Shown here: one piece after another, positions 17,332-28,079 of the stretch
Layout of the letters: every line of letters begins with the position of its first letter
Numbering within the stretch: position 1 is the first letter of the stretch
DNA from: Gemmatimonadota bacterium
GTDB lineage: Bacteria > JAAXHH01
Reading direction: 5' to 3'
DNA length: 64,000 nt
Assembly: GCA_009837395.1 (NCBI GenBank)
Contig: VXTP01000043.1
Span: 456,936-520,935, forward strand
The notes under the pieces: model-generated
The model's database searches: none
What the model saw: the letters and a program-made list of their open reading frames with translations, nothing else
What the model was told of the DNA's origin: nothing
Made by a program: the position numbers and the translations under genes

Positions 17332-17646
17332 TCAGTAGTCTATGCCAAGTTCGAGCTTGGCGTCCTCGGTCATCATGTCGATATGCCAGGGCGGCTCCCA
17401 GACGATTTCGATCAGGGCGTCCGACACTTCGTCCAGGTCCTTGACCTTGGTTTCCACCTCGGCGGGCAGCGACTGGGCCGCCGGGCAGTTCGGCGAAGTG
17501 AGCGTCATCTTGATGTTGGTCATGCCGTCCTGCTGCACGTCGATTTCGTAGATGAGTCCCATTTCGTAGATGTTGACCGGGATTTCCGGGTCGTAGCACG
17601 TCTTCAATACGTCCACGATCCGTTCTTTAACGGCATCCGTATCCAT
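17332..17646 (-). CDS. DUF59/MIP18-family Fe-S assembly protein (SufT-like)
   Basis: 104 aa. CYDPEIPVNIYEMGLIY and conserved Cys in TSPNCP are typical of DUF59. Located between sufD and sufS. Confidence 0.75.
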   Translation of the reverse strand: MDTDAVKERIVDVLKTCYDPEIPVNIYEMGLIYEIDVQQDGMTNIKMTLTSPNCPAAQSLPAEVETKVKDLDEVSDALIEIVWEPPWHIDMMTEDAKLELGIDY

Positions 17647-17678
17647 TCGTCAGCCCCTGTGCGCGTGTAAGGTATCCG

Positions 17679-19076
17679 CTATCTTTCCGTACGGCCCCGG
17701 GCCGCCGAAAGATCCCGGATGGTGGTTTCAAAAAGCGTATCCAGCGAGGTACGGACGGCCTCGATCCCGAGTCGACGGATCAGGTCGGCCGCGAACCCGT
17801 AGGTAAGGAGGTGGCATGCGCTGTCATGGGACAGGCCGCGGGTCCGCAAGTAGAAGATCTGGTCCTCGTCGAGCTGGCCCACGGTGGCGCCGTGGGTGCA
17901 TTTCACCTGGTCCGCGTAGATCTCGAGCTGCGGCTTGGTGTGTATCATCGCGTTTGACGAGAGCATCAGGTTCTTGTTCAGCTGCTTGGCATCCGTTTCC
18001 TGGGCGTCCTGGTGCACGAACACCTTGCCGTTGAACACGCCGCGGGACCGGCCCTCGAGGATGCCCTTGTAAACCTCGTAGCTGTCGCAGTTCGGCACGG
18101 CGTGATCGATGGCGGTGTGATTGTCCACATGCTGGTCGCCCGCGACCAGGTACAGCCCGTTCATGCGTACCACCGCGTGCTCGCCCGTGAGCCGGGCGTT
18201 CGTGTCATTGCGGGTCAACGCGCCGCCCATGCTCATATTGAAGGTGGAGATTCTGCCGTTCCCCGCCAGGTGGAGCTGGGTGGTGGACAGATGGGCGGCT
18301 CCTTCGCCTTCCCGGTTGATCCGGTAGTGGTCCACGTTGCCGTCCCGCCCCACGGAGATTTCCGTTACGGCGTTGGTGAGGTAGACCTGATCCGTCAAAC
18401 CGGAATAACTCTCGACCACCTTGAGGCTCGCCCCGTCGCCCGCCGCGATGAGCGTGCGCGGCTGCGTGGCCAGGGGCGCGTCGAGTCCGGTCGTTACGTA
18501 GTGCACGTGCACCGGGGTTTCCAGCGCTCCCGCGCGCGGTACGTGGATGAACAGGCCGTTTTCGATCAGGGCCGTGTTCAGTGCCGTCAGCCCCGTGCTT
18601 TCGTAGTCGGCATAGCGCGCGAGGTGCGGATGAACGAGCTCCGGATGCTCCACGAGGGCATCGGCGAGGCTGCTTACCACGACGCCCCGGGGCAAGTCCG
18701 GCCCGTGCGACAACGCGGGTGCATGCACACCGTTTACGAACACGATCCGGTGCCAGCCGTCCTGGCCGAATTCGTATGGCGCGAGCGCGTCCTCGTCCAG
18801 CCTGACTTCCACTGGTCGGCCTGGCCCACCTGGACTGCCCGGTCCGTCCTGGTAGTAAGTCTCCGCGATCTGCCGGAGATCGGTGTAGATCCAGTCTTCC
18901 TTAAGTGGAAAGGAGAGCTCGCGGGCGACCGGCATGCCGAGTTCCCGGAAGCGCTTCATGGCATCCGAACGGATCCGATGCAGCCAGAGCGGTGCATCAA
19001 GGGAACGGATGCGGTCGTAAGCGTCGTAAAACGTGGTGTATCTGCTGGTCGTCGTCTGCTTCAGTGATTCCGTCAT
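17679..19076 (-). CDS. sufD: Fe-S cluster assembly protein SufD
   Basis: The C-terminal half matches the SufB/SufD beta-helix family (GATVGQLDEDQIFYLRTRGL). Start placed at MTESLKQ (19076), which avoids a 59-nt overlap with sufC; the ORF extends to 19163. Confidence 0.8.
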   Translation of the reverse strand: MTESLKQTTTSRYTTFYDAYDRIRSLDAPLWLHRIRSDAMKRFRELGMPVARELSFPLKEDWIYTDLRQIAETYYQDGPGSPGGPGRPVEVRLDEDALAPYEFGQDGWHRIVFVNGVHAPALSHGPDLPRGVVVSSLADALVEHPELVHPHLARYADYESTGLTALNTALIENGLFIHVPRAGALETPVHVHYVTTGLDAPLATQPRTLIAAGDGASLKVVESYSGLTDQVYLTNAVTEISVGRDGNVDHYRINREGEGAAHLSTTQLHLAGNGRISTFNMSMGGALTRNDTNARLTGEHAVVRMNGLYLVAGDQHVDNHTAIDHAVPNCDSYEVYKGILEGRSRGVFNGKVFVHQDAQETDAKQLNKNLMLSSNAMIHTKPQLEIYADQVKCTHGATVGQLDEDQIFYLRTRGLSHDSACHLLTYGFAADLIRRLGIEAVRTSLDTLFETTIRDLSAARGRTER

Positions 19077-19104
19077 TTCGTGATTCCATGCTCCTTGGAT
19101 GAAT

Positions 19105-19869
19105 TCAACCCGCGGCTTCCACTTCTTCCCGTATCCACTCGTAGCCCTTTTCTTCGAGCTCAAAGGCCAGTTCTTTCCTGCCCGACTTCACGATCCGGCC
19201 CTGGTACATGACATGGACGTAGTCCGGCACGACGTAGTCCAGCAACCGCTGGTAGTGGGTGATGACGATCATCGCGTTCTCCGCGGTGCGCTGCTGGTTG
19301 ATCCCATGGGCTACGATGCGCATGGCATCGATGTCCAGCCCGGAATCCGTCTCGTCCAGAATGGAGAGGGTCGGTTCGAGCACGGCCATGTGAAAGATCT
19401 CGTTGCGTTTCTTCTCGCCGCCGGAGAAGTCCTCGTTAACCGGCCGCCGGGCCAGTTCGGGGTCCATGTCGACCTGTTTCATCTTCTTGTCCAGCAGCCG
19501 CCGGAACGCGCCGGCGCTTATCTCCGGCTCGCTGCGGTACTTCAGGCGTTCGTTCATCGCCGCCCGGAGGAAGTAGGCGTTGCTGACGCCGGGGATCTCC
19601 ACCGGGTACTGAAAGGCCAGGAACATGCCCTCGTTGGCCCGCTCCTCGGGGGTGAGTTCGAAGAGATCCTTGTTCTGGAAACGTACCGTGCCACCGGTTT
19701 CTTCGTATTCCTCGTGGCCGGCCAGGATCTTGCCCAGCGTGCTCTTCCCGGAGCCGTTGGGTCCCATGATCGCATGGACCTCGCCCCGTTCGACGGTCAG
19801 GTCGATCCCGTTGATAATGTCCTGGTCCTTGATGCCGCCACGTAGATTCCTGATTTCGAGTAATGCCAT
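19105..19869 (-). CDS. sufC: Fe-S cluster assembly ATPase SufC
   Basis: 254 aa. Walker A GPNGSGKST, ABC signature FSGGEKKR and Walker B ILDETDSGLD. Confidence 0.9.
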   Translation of the reverse strand: MALLEIRNLRGGIKDQDIINGIDLTVERGEVHAIMGPNGSGKSTLGKILAGHEEYEETGGTVRFQNKDLFELTPEERANEGMFLAFQYPVEIPGVSNAYFLRAAMNERLKYRSEPEISAGAFRRLLDKKMKQVDMDPELARRPVNEDFSGGEKKRNEIFHMAVLEPTLSILDETDSGLDIDAMRIVAHGINQQRTAENAMIVITHYQRLLDYVVPDYVHVMYQGRIVKSGRKELAFELEEKGYEWIREEVEAAG

Positions 19870-19963
19870 CTTGCTTGCTTTCTCCTGTTGTTATCTTGTT
19901 TTCCGCAGTTTTGGGCCTGGCCGTCCTGGACATGGCCGTCCTGGACCCGGCCGCCCGTCCTCG

Positions 19964-21397
<1,434 letters not shown>

Positions 21398-21459
21398 TGC
21401 ATCTCCTTGAAACAATTGAAAACTGTCGTGCTAAAATCTGTCGTGCTGAACCTGCCGTG

Positions 21460-21978
21460 CTAACGGCCTATCTGGATAATGCCGCTCGTCGCCTGGTCCC
21501 GCATGGTATCCTGGGAGACCTGCTCCACCACCTCGAGGACCTGGTGTTCCGTCTGCAGCAGGTCCATCAGGGTAATGTGATCGAGCACGCCGGACAGGTA
21601 CCGGGCCAGGACCGTCCAGACCGGCCGGATGGCGCAGGCGTTCAGGTGCGCGCACGCCTCCAGGTGGCCGGAGAAGTGATCGCACATGTGGCTGTCCGGG
21701 CTGGTGATCACGATCCCCTCTTCCGAACTCAGGGCGCGCATGACCTCGCCCAGCGTTACGCTCTGCGGTTCCCGGGCCAGCGCGTAGCCGCCCCGGATCC
21801 CCCGCACGCTTCGGACGAGCTCCGCCCGTCTGAGGATCATCAGCAGCTTGGATACGTAGTCCAGGGATATGCCCTCCGACTCGGCGATCTGCCGTCCCGT
21901 AACCGGGTCGCGGGAATGGTGCCGCGCGAGTTGCAGAATGCACCGGAGGCCGTATTCTTCCTGGGCGGTCACTTTCAT
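21460..21978 (-). CDS. Rrf2-family transcriptional regulator (IscR/SufR-like)
   Basis: Start at MKVTAQEEYGLRCILQLA, the canonical Rrf2 N-terminus and wHTH. There are C-terminal Cys/His residues (SPDSHMCDHFSGHLEACAHLNAC) that could ligate a cluster. It is the first gene of the suf operon. Confidence 0.8.
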   Translation of the reverse strand: MKVTAQEEYGLRCILQLARHHSRDPVTGRQIAESEGISLDYVSKLLMILRRAELVRSVRGIRGGYALAREPQSVTLGEVMRALSSEEGIVITSPDSHMCDHFSGHLEACAHLNACAIRPVWTVLARYLSGVLDHITLMDLLQTEHQVLEVVEQVSQDTMRDQATSGIIQIGR

Positions 21979-22265
21979 GATCGAGTCTCCATCGATGGCC
22001 AGATAACAGTGTGAATATAGCAAACCTGACTTTTATGTCAAGTATTAAATCCGGTGCGTATCGAAGCGATGATCGCGTGCGCTTTCCACTGTGCTCAACC
22101 TGTGCTCAAGCTTTGCTCAGGCCTTTGATGAATCGTGCCGGCCGCTAAGAGGTGACGCCGCAGTTTCCCGAGCGATCTCCTTGACATCGAAGGCGACCGG
22201 CGTTACCGTCGGTCCCATATCCACCTAACCGAATCTCACGCTTAAGCGAGGACGAAAGATCACCC

Positions 22266-23363
22266 ATGTCCGAAAAACTCGATGTGCGCCGGCTCCCCGG
22301 CACCCAGACGGCCGACGCCGCCGTGGGACAAGGCTATTTTCCGGTCATAACCCGTCTGGGCGGCAGTGAACTGCTCATGGCCTACCGCGGCGGCGCCGGG
22401 CACATCGGCCTGGGCGGCCGGCTGGACGTGGGGCGCTCCCTGGACGGAGGCTTGACCTGGTCCGCGCCCGTGACCGTGGCCGACAGCGAACGGGACGACC
22501 GCAACCCCGCGCTCGGCGTGGCGCCGGACGGCACGCTCGTGCTGGCCTACCACTGGCAGGGCTCCTATGACGAAGAGGGCGCCTGGAAACCGGAAATGGG
22601 CCGGACCGATACCCGGGTCGTATTCTCCACGGACGGCGGCCATTCCTGGGTGGACGACGCCCTCATCGATTATGCCCCGATCAACGGCGCCTCGCCCTTC
22701 GGAAAGATCTTCACGGCAGACGGCGTCATGCACATGCTGATCTACGGAGGGGGACACCCGATATGCGAGCCCGGCGGCGTAACAGTCCGGGTCGGTGAAG
22801 GGGCGTCGACGCCGACGTACATACTCCGGTCGAAAGACAACGGCCGTTCCTGGGGCGATCCGACCCTGGTGGCGCTGGGACTGAACGAATCGGACGTGGC
22901 CCTCCTCCCCGACGGCCGCTGGTTGTTCGTCGCCCGTTCGGAGGACCGCGCCGAGCAAGCGCTGTATTCCTGCGTATCGGAAGACGGCGGGTACACCTGG
23001 CGCCTGGTCGGCCGGGTCACGGACGCGAAGGAACACCCGCCGGACCTCACCCTGTTGCCCAACGGCTGGCTGCTGCTCGTCTTCGGGCGCCGGCATCCGC
23101 CCTTCGGCGTGGAGGGCCTGATCAGCCGGGACGGCGGGACGACCTGGGATGCGCGGCGGCTGGTATTCGACGATTCCCTGCCCGGTGGCGACATCGGCTA
23201 TCCCTCCACAGCCCGCCTCGACGACGGGCGGCTGGTCACGGCCTACTACACGGCGGGCACACCGAACAGGCAGTGGGAATTGTTCCGCGCCGTGGACGCC
23301 GCATGCAAGGTCGTGACCTACGACGCAGCCAGCCTGATCCACCACTGGACCAAAAACGTGTAA
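22266..23363 (+). CDS. BNR/Asp-box repeat protein, sialidase-like, cytoplasmic (no signal peptide)
   Basis: 365 aa with five S-x-D-x-G-x-T-W type Asp-boxes: DGGLTWS, DGGHSWV, DNGRSWG, DGGYTWR and DGGTTWD. Confidence 0.7.
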   Translation: MSEKLDVRRLPGTQTADAAVGQGYFPVITRLGGSELLMAYRGGAGHIGLGGRLDVGRSLDGGLTWSAPVTVADSERDDRNPALGVAPDGTLVLAYHWQGSYDEEGAWKPEMGRTDTRVVFSTDGGHSWVDDALIDYAPINGASPFGKIFTADGVMHMLIYGGGHPICEPGGVTVRVGEGASTPTYILRSKDNGRSWGDPTLVALGLNESDVALLPDGRWLFVARSEDRAEQALYSCVSEDGGYTWRLVGRVTDAKEHPPDLTLLPNGWLLLVFGRRHPPFGVEGLISRDGGTTWDARRLVFDDSLPGGDIGYPSTARLDDGRLVTAYYTAGTPNRQWELFRAVDAACKVVTYDAASLIHHWTKNV

Positions 23364-23402
23364 CAAACTGTTCACGAACGGGTTACGGTTCTGGAGCCTT
23401 GC

Positions 23403-24533
23403 GTGCGAATCCTGGATTCCGGCACGGTCTGCGACGGCCATCCAATCCCCGGTCACCGCAGTAATTGCGCCTTCACCACCATCAACCGACTGCATGACGG
23501 CACGATACTCGTCTCGGGCCGCTGGGGCTCGGACCGCGATTCGGCGGACGGGCACGCCTGTGTCTGGGCGACCGTGGATCGCGGCCGTACCTGGGGCCTT
23601 CGATACGACGGATTCGGGAAGGGATCCTGGGAGGGTACGCCGGGCGAAATGAAGGGCCTGACCAGTACGGAACTCGCTCCGGGCAGACTCACGGCCACGG
23701 CCCTGTGGGTCGACCGATCCAACCCGGATCTTCCTTTCATCCACCCGCAAACGCAGGGCCTGCTGCCCATGCGCATCCTGCACGTCGAGTCGGAGGACGG
23801 CGGCCGCACCTGGAGCCCACCGCAGCCCATGGACACGTCGCCCCACCTCGCCGCTTCACCCTGTTCGCATGCCGTCATCCAATTCCCCGGCGGCATCCTT
23901 GCACAGCCCTACGAACAGTGGAAGGAATACGAGGATCCGACACCCGGCCGGCCCGTGGCGCGGCTGCGCTTCTCCCGGGACGGCGGCCGGACCTGGCCGG
24001 AGTTCGTCACCGTGGCCCGCCATCCGGACAACGCGCTGGCCTACTGGGACCAGCGGCTGGCTATCCACCCCGGTGACGGGCGCCTCGTCGCCACGTTCTG
24101 GACCCATGATTTCAGGATGGGGTCGGACATCGATATCCATATCGCCTATGGAACCCCGGACGGCCGGTCGTGGACCATCCCGCGGGGTACCGGCCTTCCC
24201 GGCCAGCACTGCCAGCCCCTGTCCCTGGGCGGCGACCGGCTGCTGGCCGCCTATCCGCGGCGGCGTGATCCCCCCGGCATCGTACTTTCCATCAGCGAAG
24301 ATTTCGGGAAGCACTGGGAACGCGAGCGGGATCTCCTGGTCTACGACAGCACCACCGGCACCGAATCCGGCGCCAGCGGCGGGCGAACCCAGTCTGAACT
24401 GTGGGGCGACATGGAACGCTGGCGTTTCGGGCATCCCCGGATGGTGCGGCTACCGGGCAACGAGGTCTTCGTGGTTTACTACGCGGGCGATGACGCCGTC
24501 AAGACCGCAAGGTGGGTGCGGGTGCGCGTTTAG
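23403..24533 (+). CDS. BNR/Asp-box repeat protein, sialidase-like (second paralogue)
   Basis: 376 aa. Asp-boxes DRGRTWG, EDGGRTWSP, RDGGRTWPE and EDFGKHWE. No signal peptide. Confidence 0.7.
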   Translation: MRILDSGTVCDGHPIPGHRSNCAFTTINRLHDGTILVSGRWGSDRDSADGHACVWATVDRGRTWGLRYDGFGKGSWEGTPGEMKGLTSTELAPGRLTATALWVDRSNPDLPFIHPQTQGLLPMRILHVESEDGGRTWSPPQPMDTSPHLAASPCSHAVIQFPGGILAQPYEQWKEYEDPTPGRPVARLRFSRDGGRTWPEFVTVARHPDNALAYWDQRLAIHPGDGRLVATFWTHDFRMGSDIDIHIAYGTPDGRSWTIPRGTGLPGQHCQPLSLGGDRLLAAYPRRRDPPGIVLSISEDFGKHWERERDLLVYDSTTGTESGASGGRTQSELWGDMERWRFGHPRMVRLPGNEVFVVYYAGDDAVKTARWVRVRV

Positions 24534-24560
24534 GTAGACGCGGGTACGTGTTTAACGGCT

Positions 24561-25751
24561 TCAGCCCCGCACATCCCGCCACGGCCGGGCCATGATCTGT
24601 TCGAAACCTTCCGGATCGATATCCACACCGAGCCCCGGTCCCAGGGGTACCGCCACGCAACCGTCTTCGTCCAGAACGAAAGGCTCGGCGAAGTAGCCCT
24701 TGCCGATGTACGTCCTGCCCCCCTCCCGCCAGCAGTTCACTTCGTTGTGTTCCTGCACGAGGAAATTCGAAGCGCAGGCGTCGACCTGGATAGACGCGGC
24801 CAGGGCAAGAGGGCTCAACGGGCAGTGCAGGGCGAGTTTCGCGTAGGCGCTTTCGCCCATCACCGCGATCTTGTGGCACTCGGTGATGCCGCCGGCGTGG
24901 CACAGGTCCGGCTGCATCACGGACAGGGCGTTCTTGCGCAGGGCATCATAGAAGATCCATTTCCCCATCCATCGTTCCCCGGCAGCGATGGGGATCTCGC
25001 TGTTGCGCGCGATGTCCGCGAGCACGTCGACCCGTTCCACGGGCATGGGTTCCTCGATGAACAGGGGACGATGGGGCGTGAGGGCGGAAATCATCTGCCT
25101 GGCCATCACGGGGTGGGGATTGTGGATATCCACGGCCACCTCGACATCGGGACCAGCACCCTTCCGCACGGCGGCAAAGGCTTCGGCGATACGATCCACT
25201 TCAGCGGTAGGTTCCAGCCCGGTACCCATGCCCACGTGCAGTTTCATGCACCGAAAGCCCCATTCTTCGATGATGACCCGGGCCGCTTCCTCGTGACCCG
25301 CCGGGAAATCCCAATCCGGTTCCCGGGAAGGATCCCAACCCGCGTCGTAGGGCTGTCCGGGTTCCACGTACCAGGGCAACTGACCGCCGACCGCGCGGTA
25401 CATGCGAATCCGGTCGCGGCAGGCCCCGCCCAGCATGCGGTGTACCGGCAGTCCCGCGGCCTTCCCCGCGAGGTCCCAGAGCGCCATGTCGATCCCGCTG
25501 ATCGCGCTCATCTTCACCGGGCCGCCCACGTAGCCGGAACCGCCTTCGTACATCTTCTGCCAGAGCGATTCGACGCGGCAGGGATCCTCGCCGACGAGCA
25601 ACGGCTCGAGGCGCCGGACCTCGGCGATGACGCTTTCGGGGTGGTTTTCAAGGTAGGGTTCGCCCCAGCCGAACAACTCGGTGTCCGTGTGAATCTTCAG
25701 CCACACCCAGCTCGGTGGTACGCGCAGGATTTCAAAATGGGTGATTCGCAT
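24561..25751 (-). CDS. Enolase-superfamily sugar-acid dehydratase, D-galactonate-dehydratase (DgoD)-like
   Basis: 396 aa. The N-terminus MRITHFEILRVPPSWVWLKIHTDTELFGWGEPYLENHP…DLWQKMYEGG…MSAISGIDMALWDLAGK closely follows the DgoD/ManD pattern. It has the MR/MLE-type barrel. Confidence 0.7.
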   Translation of the reverse strand: MRITHFEILRVPPSWVWLKIHTDTELFGWGEPYLENHPESVIAEVRRLEPLLVGEDPCRVESLWQKMYEGGSGYVGGPVKMSAISGIDMALWDLAGKAAGLPVHRMLGGACRDRIRMYRAVGGQLPWYVEPGQPYDAGWDPSREPDWDFPAGHEEAARVIIEEWGFRCMKLHVGMGTGLEPTAEVDRIAEAFAAVRKGAGPDVEVAVDIHNPHPVMARQMISALTPHRPLFIEEPMPVERVDVLADIARNSEIPIAAGERWMGKWIFYDALRKNALSVMQPDLCHAGGITECHKIAVMGESAYAKLALHCPLSPLALAASIQVDACASNFLVQEHNEVNCWREGGRTYIGKGYFAEPFVLDEDGCVAVPLGPGLGVDIDPEGFEQIMARPWRDVRG

Positions 25752-25762
25752 GCTCGATTCTC

Positions 25763-26740
25763 CTATCGTCCGTAGACCGTCTGGATCGTGGCCCGGATGT
25801 ATCCGTTCGCAAAGGCCTTGCCGGCCGGACCGGCCGAGGACTGAGGGAAACCCGGGGTGTGGTCCATGCCGAAGGGTCCGAAGTACCCGTTATCGCGGTA
25901 GGTTTCCATGGCCCGGTGCATATCCACTTCGCCTTCGTCGATGAAGACCTCGGCGAACCTGGGCAGCTGCCCCCGTACGTTCCGGAAGTGGACCAGGGCG
26001 ATCTTGTTCCGGGAGGCCATCTCGGCAATGATATCGTATACTTTCTGCGGGCCCGCCAGTTCGGTCATGCAGCCCTGGCAGAAGAGCATCCGGTGATGTT
26101 CGCTGGGCACCGCGTCGAAGATGCGTCCGAAATGCTCCAGCGTGGAACAGATCTGGGCGACGCCGCCCAGTGGTTCGGGAATGGGCGGGTCGTCCGGGTG
26201 AAGTGCCAGGTTGACGCCGGCCTTCTCGGCCGCCGGGACCGCGGCGCCCATGAAGGAGACCATGTTGTCCCACATCACGGTCTCGGAGACGGGCGGTTCG
26301 TGGGGCGGTGGACGGTTCCGGTCGAATTCGGCATAGTCGAAAGTGCTGTACACCGCACCGCCGCGACCGATGTCGGAGGTGGTCCGGAAATTGCCCATCG
26401 GCTTGAAATTCCAGGCCAGGGTCGGTATACCCGCCTTTCCCAGGCTTTCGATGAGCTGCAGGAAGGCGCCCAGTTCCTCGTCCCGGTCTTCTGTGGCCAG
26501 GGTGATCCCCTCCAGGACCGGCATGAATACGGTCTGCAGCTTCAATCCGTGAGACTCCGTCTTTTCCCGGGCCCGTTCGAACAGTTCCGTGCTGTCCTTT
26601 CCGGCCCTCACGTGCCGTTCAGCGTCGGATTTCCCTCCCGTCCTGAGGTCCAGCTGGATCATGTCCACGCTGATCGCGCGGTAGAAGCTGAGCGTTTCAT
26701 CATCGAAATCGGTCCAGTTTACGACATCGTGCAGATACAT
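25763..26740 (-). CDS. Mannonate-dehydratase (UxuA)-family TIM-barrel protein
   Basis: 325 aa with a xylose-isomerase-like TIM-barrel pattern and UxuA-like motifs. Only 11 bp from the upstream DgoD-like gene. Confidence 0.55.
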   Translation of the reverse strand: MYLHDVVNWTDFDDETLSFYRAISVDMIQLDLRTGGKSDAERHVRAGKDSTELFERAREKTESHGLKLQTVFMPVLEGITLATEDRDEELGAFLQLIESLGKAGIPTLAWNFKPMGNFRTTSDIGRGGAVYSTFDYAEFDRNRPPPHEPPVSETVMWDNMVSFMGAAVPAAEKAGVNLALHPDDPPIPEPLGGVAQICSTLEHFGRIFDAVPSEHHRMLFCQGCMTELAGPQKVYDIIAEMASRNKIALVHFRNVRGQLPRFAEVFIDEGEVDMHRAMETYRDNGYFGPFGMDHTPGFPQSSAGPAGKAFANGYIRATIQTVYGR

Positions 26741-26872
26741 CGGGCTCCTCCAATGCGGTCATGGCGGACCGGGTACCGGGCCTGATCAGTCAGTCCGGTC
26801 CATTCAGTCTGAATCCGGGGACGGCGGTCTGATGTCAAGATAGGCTGGCCGGTGGTCCCGGCAACTGCGAAG

Positions 26873-26890
26873 TGGACAGATGAATGTCCA
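26873..26890. promoter_or_regulatory. Perfect 6-6-6 palindrome TGGACA-N6-TGTCCA, a candidate operator in the divergent DgoD/UxuA-aldolase intergenic region
   Basis: Read directly: tggaca gatgaa tgtcca. A TATAAT hexamer lies about 30 bp downstream at about 26920-26926. Two ATGAAT-containing imperfect direct repeats (tcaaatgaatatgccag and tcaatgaatggcagg) lie at 27017-27052. Confidence 0.35.
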
Positions 26891-27072
26891 TTTCCGCAGA
26901 TTGGGCTATCGAAAAGGGACATCGCACATTATAATCGTGGTTGCCCGGACCGTGCAAGGACGGTTCGGACGGGACGGGCGGGTCCACAGAACAGCAGGTC
27001 CATAAAACCTCTGTACTCAAATGAATATGCCAGTTTTCAATGAATGGCAGGCCATCACAACAGGAGTAGCAC

Positions 27073-27798
27073 ATGGCGGAGCACAATCTGAAACAACGCA
27101 TCGGCGCGGGAGAGCAGGTCATTGGCGCCAATGTCGGCATGACCCATACCCGGGACCAGCTGAAAAAGATCGCCGAATCCGGACAGTTTGACTTTCTCTG
27201 GGTGGATGGACAGCACAGCGCCTTCAGCGAGGAACGGCTGGTGGAATTCTGCGACCGGGCGGATACACTGGATGCCGACGTCATGTTCCGCATCAAGCAC
27301 ACCCATCATAGCTACCTGGTCGGCAACCTGCTCGACCTCGGTCCCGCGGGGATCGAAGTGCCCCAGGTTGAAACGGAAGCGACGGTCGAGGAAGCGGTCG
27401 ATTTCTTCTACTATCCACAGCAGGGCACGCGAAGCTGGGGAGGCGCGGCGCGGCGCAAAGTAAGCGAAGTCGGGGGCGACCGGCTGCAGTACGCCGCATG
27501 GTGGAACAACTACGGCGTGCTGATGATGCAGCTCGAATCCATCCCGGCGGTGACCGGAGCACGACGACTGGCCAAAGCGGGCGTGGACTGCCTGTCCTTC
27601 GGTCCGAACGACCTCATGTACAGTATCGAAGCCCACCCGCAACACCCCTTCCGGGACGTGGACGACTGCGTCCGGCACGTGGTCGACCAGCTACAGGATT
27701 CGGAAACGATGGTGTGCTTCAGGAACCACCCACGTGAAGATCGGGAGAAATACGTGGATATGGGCGTGACCGTGTTCCTGGAAAGCCCGGTTATGTAA
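27073..27798 (+). CDS. HpcH/HpaI-family 2-keto-3-deoxy-acid aldolase
   Basis: 241 aa. Class-II aldolase (PEP-utilising-like barrel) motifs FLWVDGQHSAF…, GIEVPQVET and CLSFGPNDL. Confidence 0.75.
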   Translation: MAEHNLKQRIGAGEQVIGANVGMTHTRDQLKKIAESGQFDFLWVDGQHSAFSEERLVEFCDRADTLDADVMFRIKHTHHSYLVGNLLDLGPAGIEVPQVETEATVEEAVDFFYYPQQGTRSWGGAARRKVSEVGGDRLQYAAWWNNYGVLMMQLESIPAVTGARRLAKAGVDCLSFGPNDLMYSIEAHPQHPFRDVDDCVRHVVDQLQDSETMVCFRNHPREDREKYVDMGVTVFLESPVM

Positions 27799-28009
27799 AT
27801 GACCGGTTCACCCACGGGTGCCGCCGCTTCCTGTTCTGTCGATCGCACCGCTAATCCCTGCCCGACGAGAACACGCCCAGCTCCACGTTGGCCAGTACAA
27901 ATGCCTCGGCGAGCTTCAGCGATGTCGTCCAGGACAGCGTATCTACAAAAGACAACCTCCTCGATTGAGTATAGCTGCACGAGAGATCCCGATCAATTCA
28001 GCACCCTGA

Positions 28010-28062
28010 AAACAGGCAAGCCCCCGGCAGTTCGTACCACCGGAGGCCTGGTCCTGTTTCCT
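28010..28062. terminator. Candidate bidirectional intrinsic terminator between the convergent aldolase and aminotransferase genes
   Basis: Inverted repeat AACAGG…CCTGTT enclosing a GC-rich CCGG-containing core. T-rich tracts lie on both flanks (…cctgtttcctgatatccttatttt on plus; cctgttttcagg on minus). Confidence 0.3.
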
Positions 28063-28079
28063 GATATCCTTATTTTGAA

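Noticed and set aside
22260-23846. 528-aa minus-strand ORF antisense to the two BNR genes
   Set aside because: No recognisable domains and a biased Arg/Gly/Pro composition. The sense-strand BNR genes carry clear Asp-box repeats.
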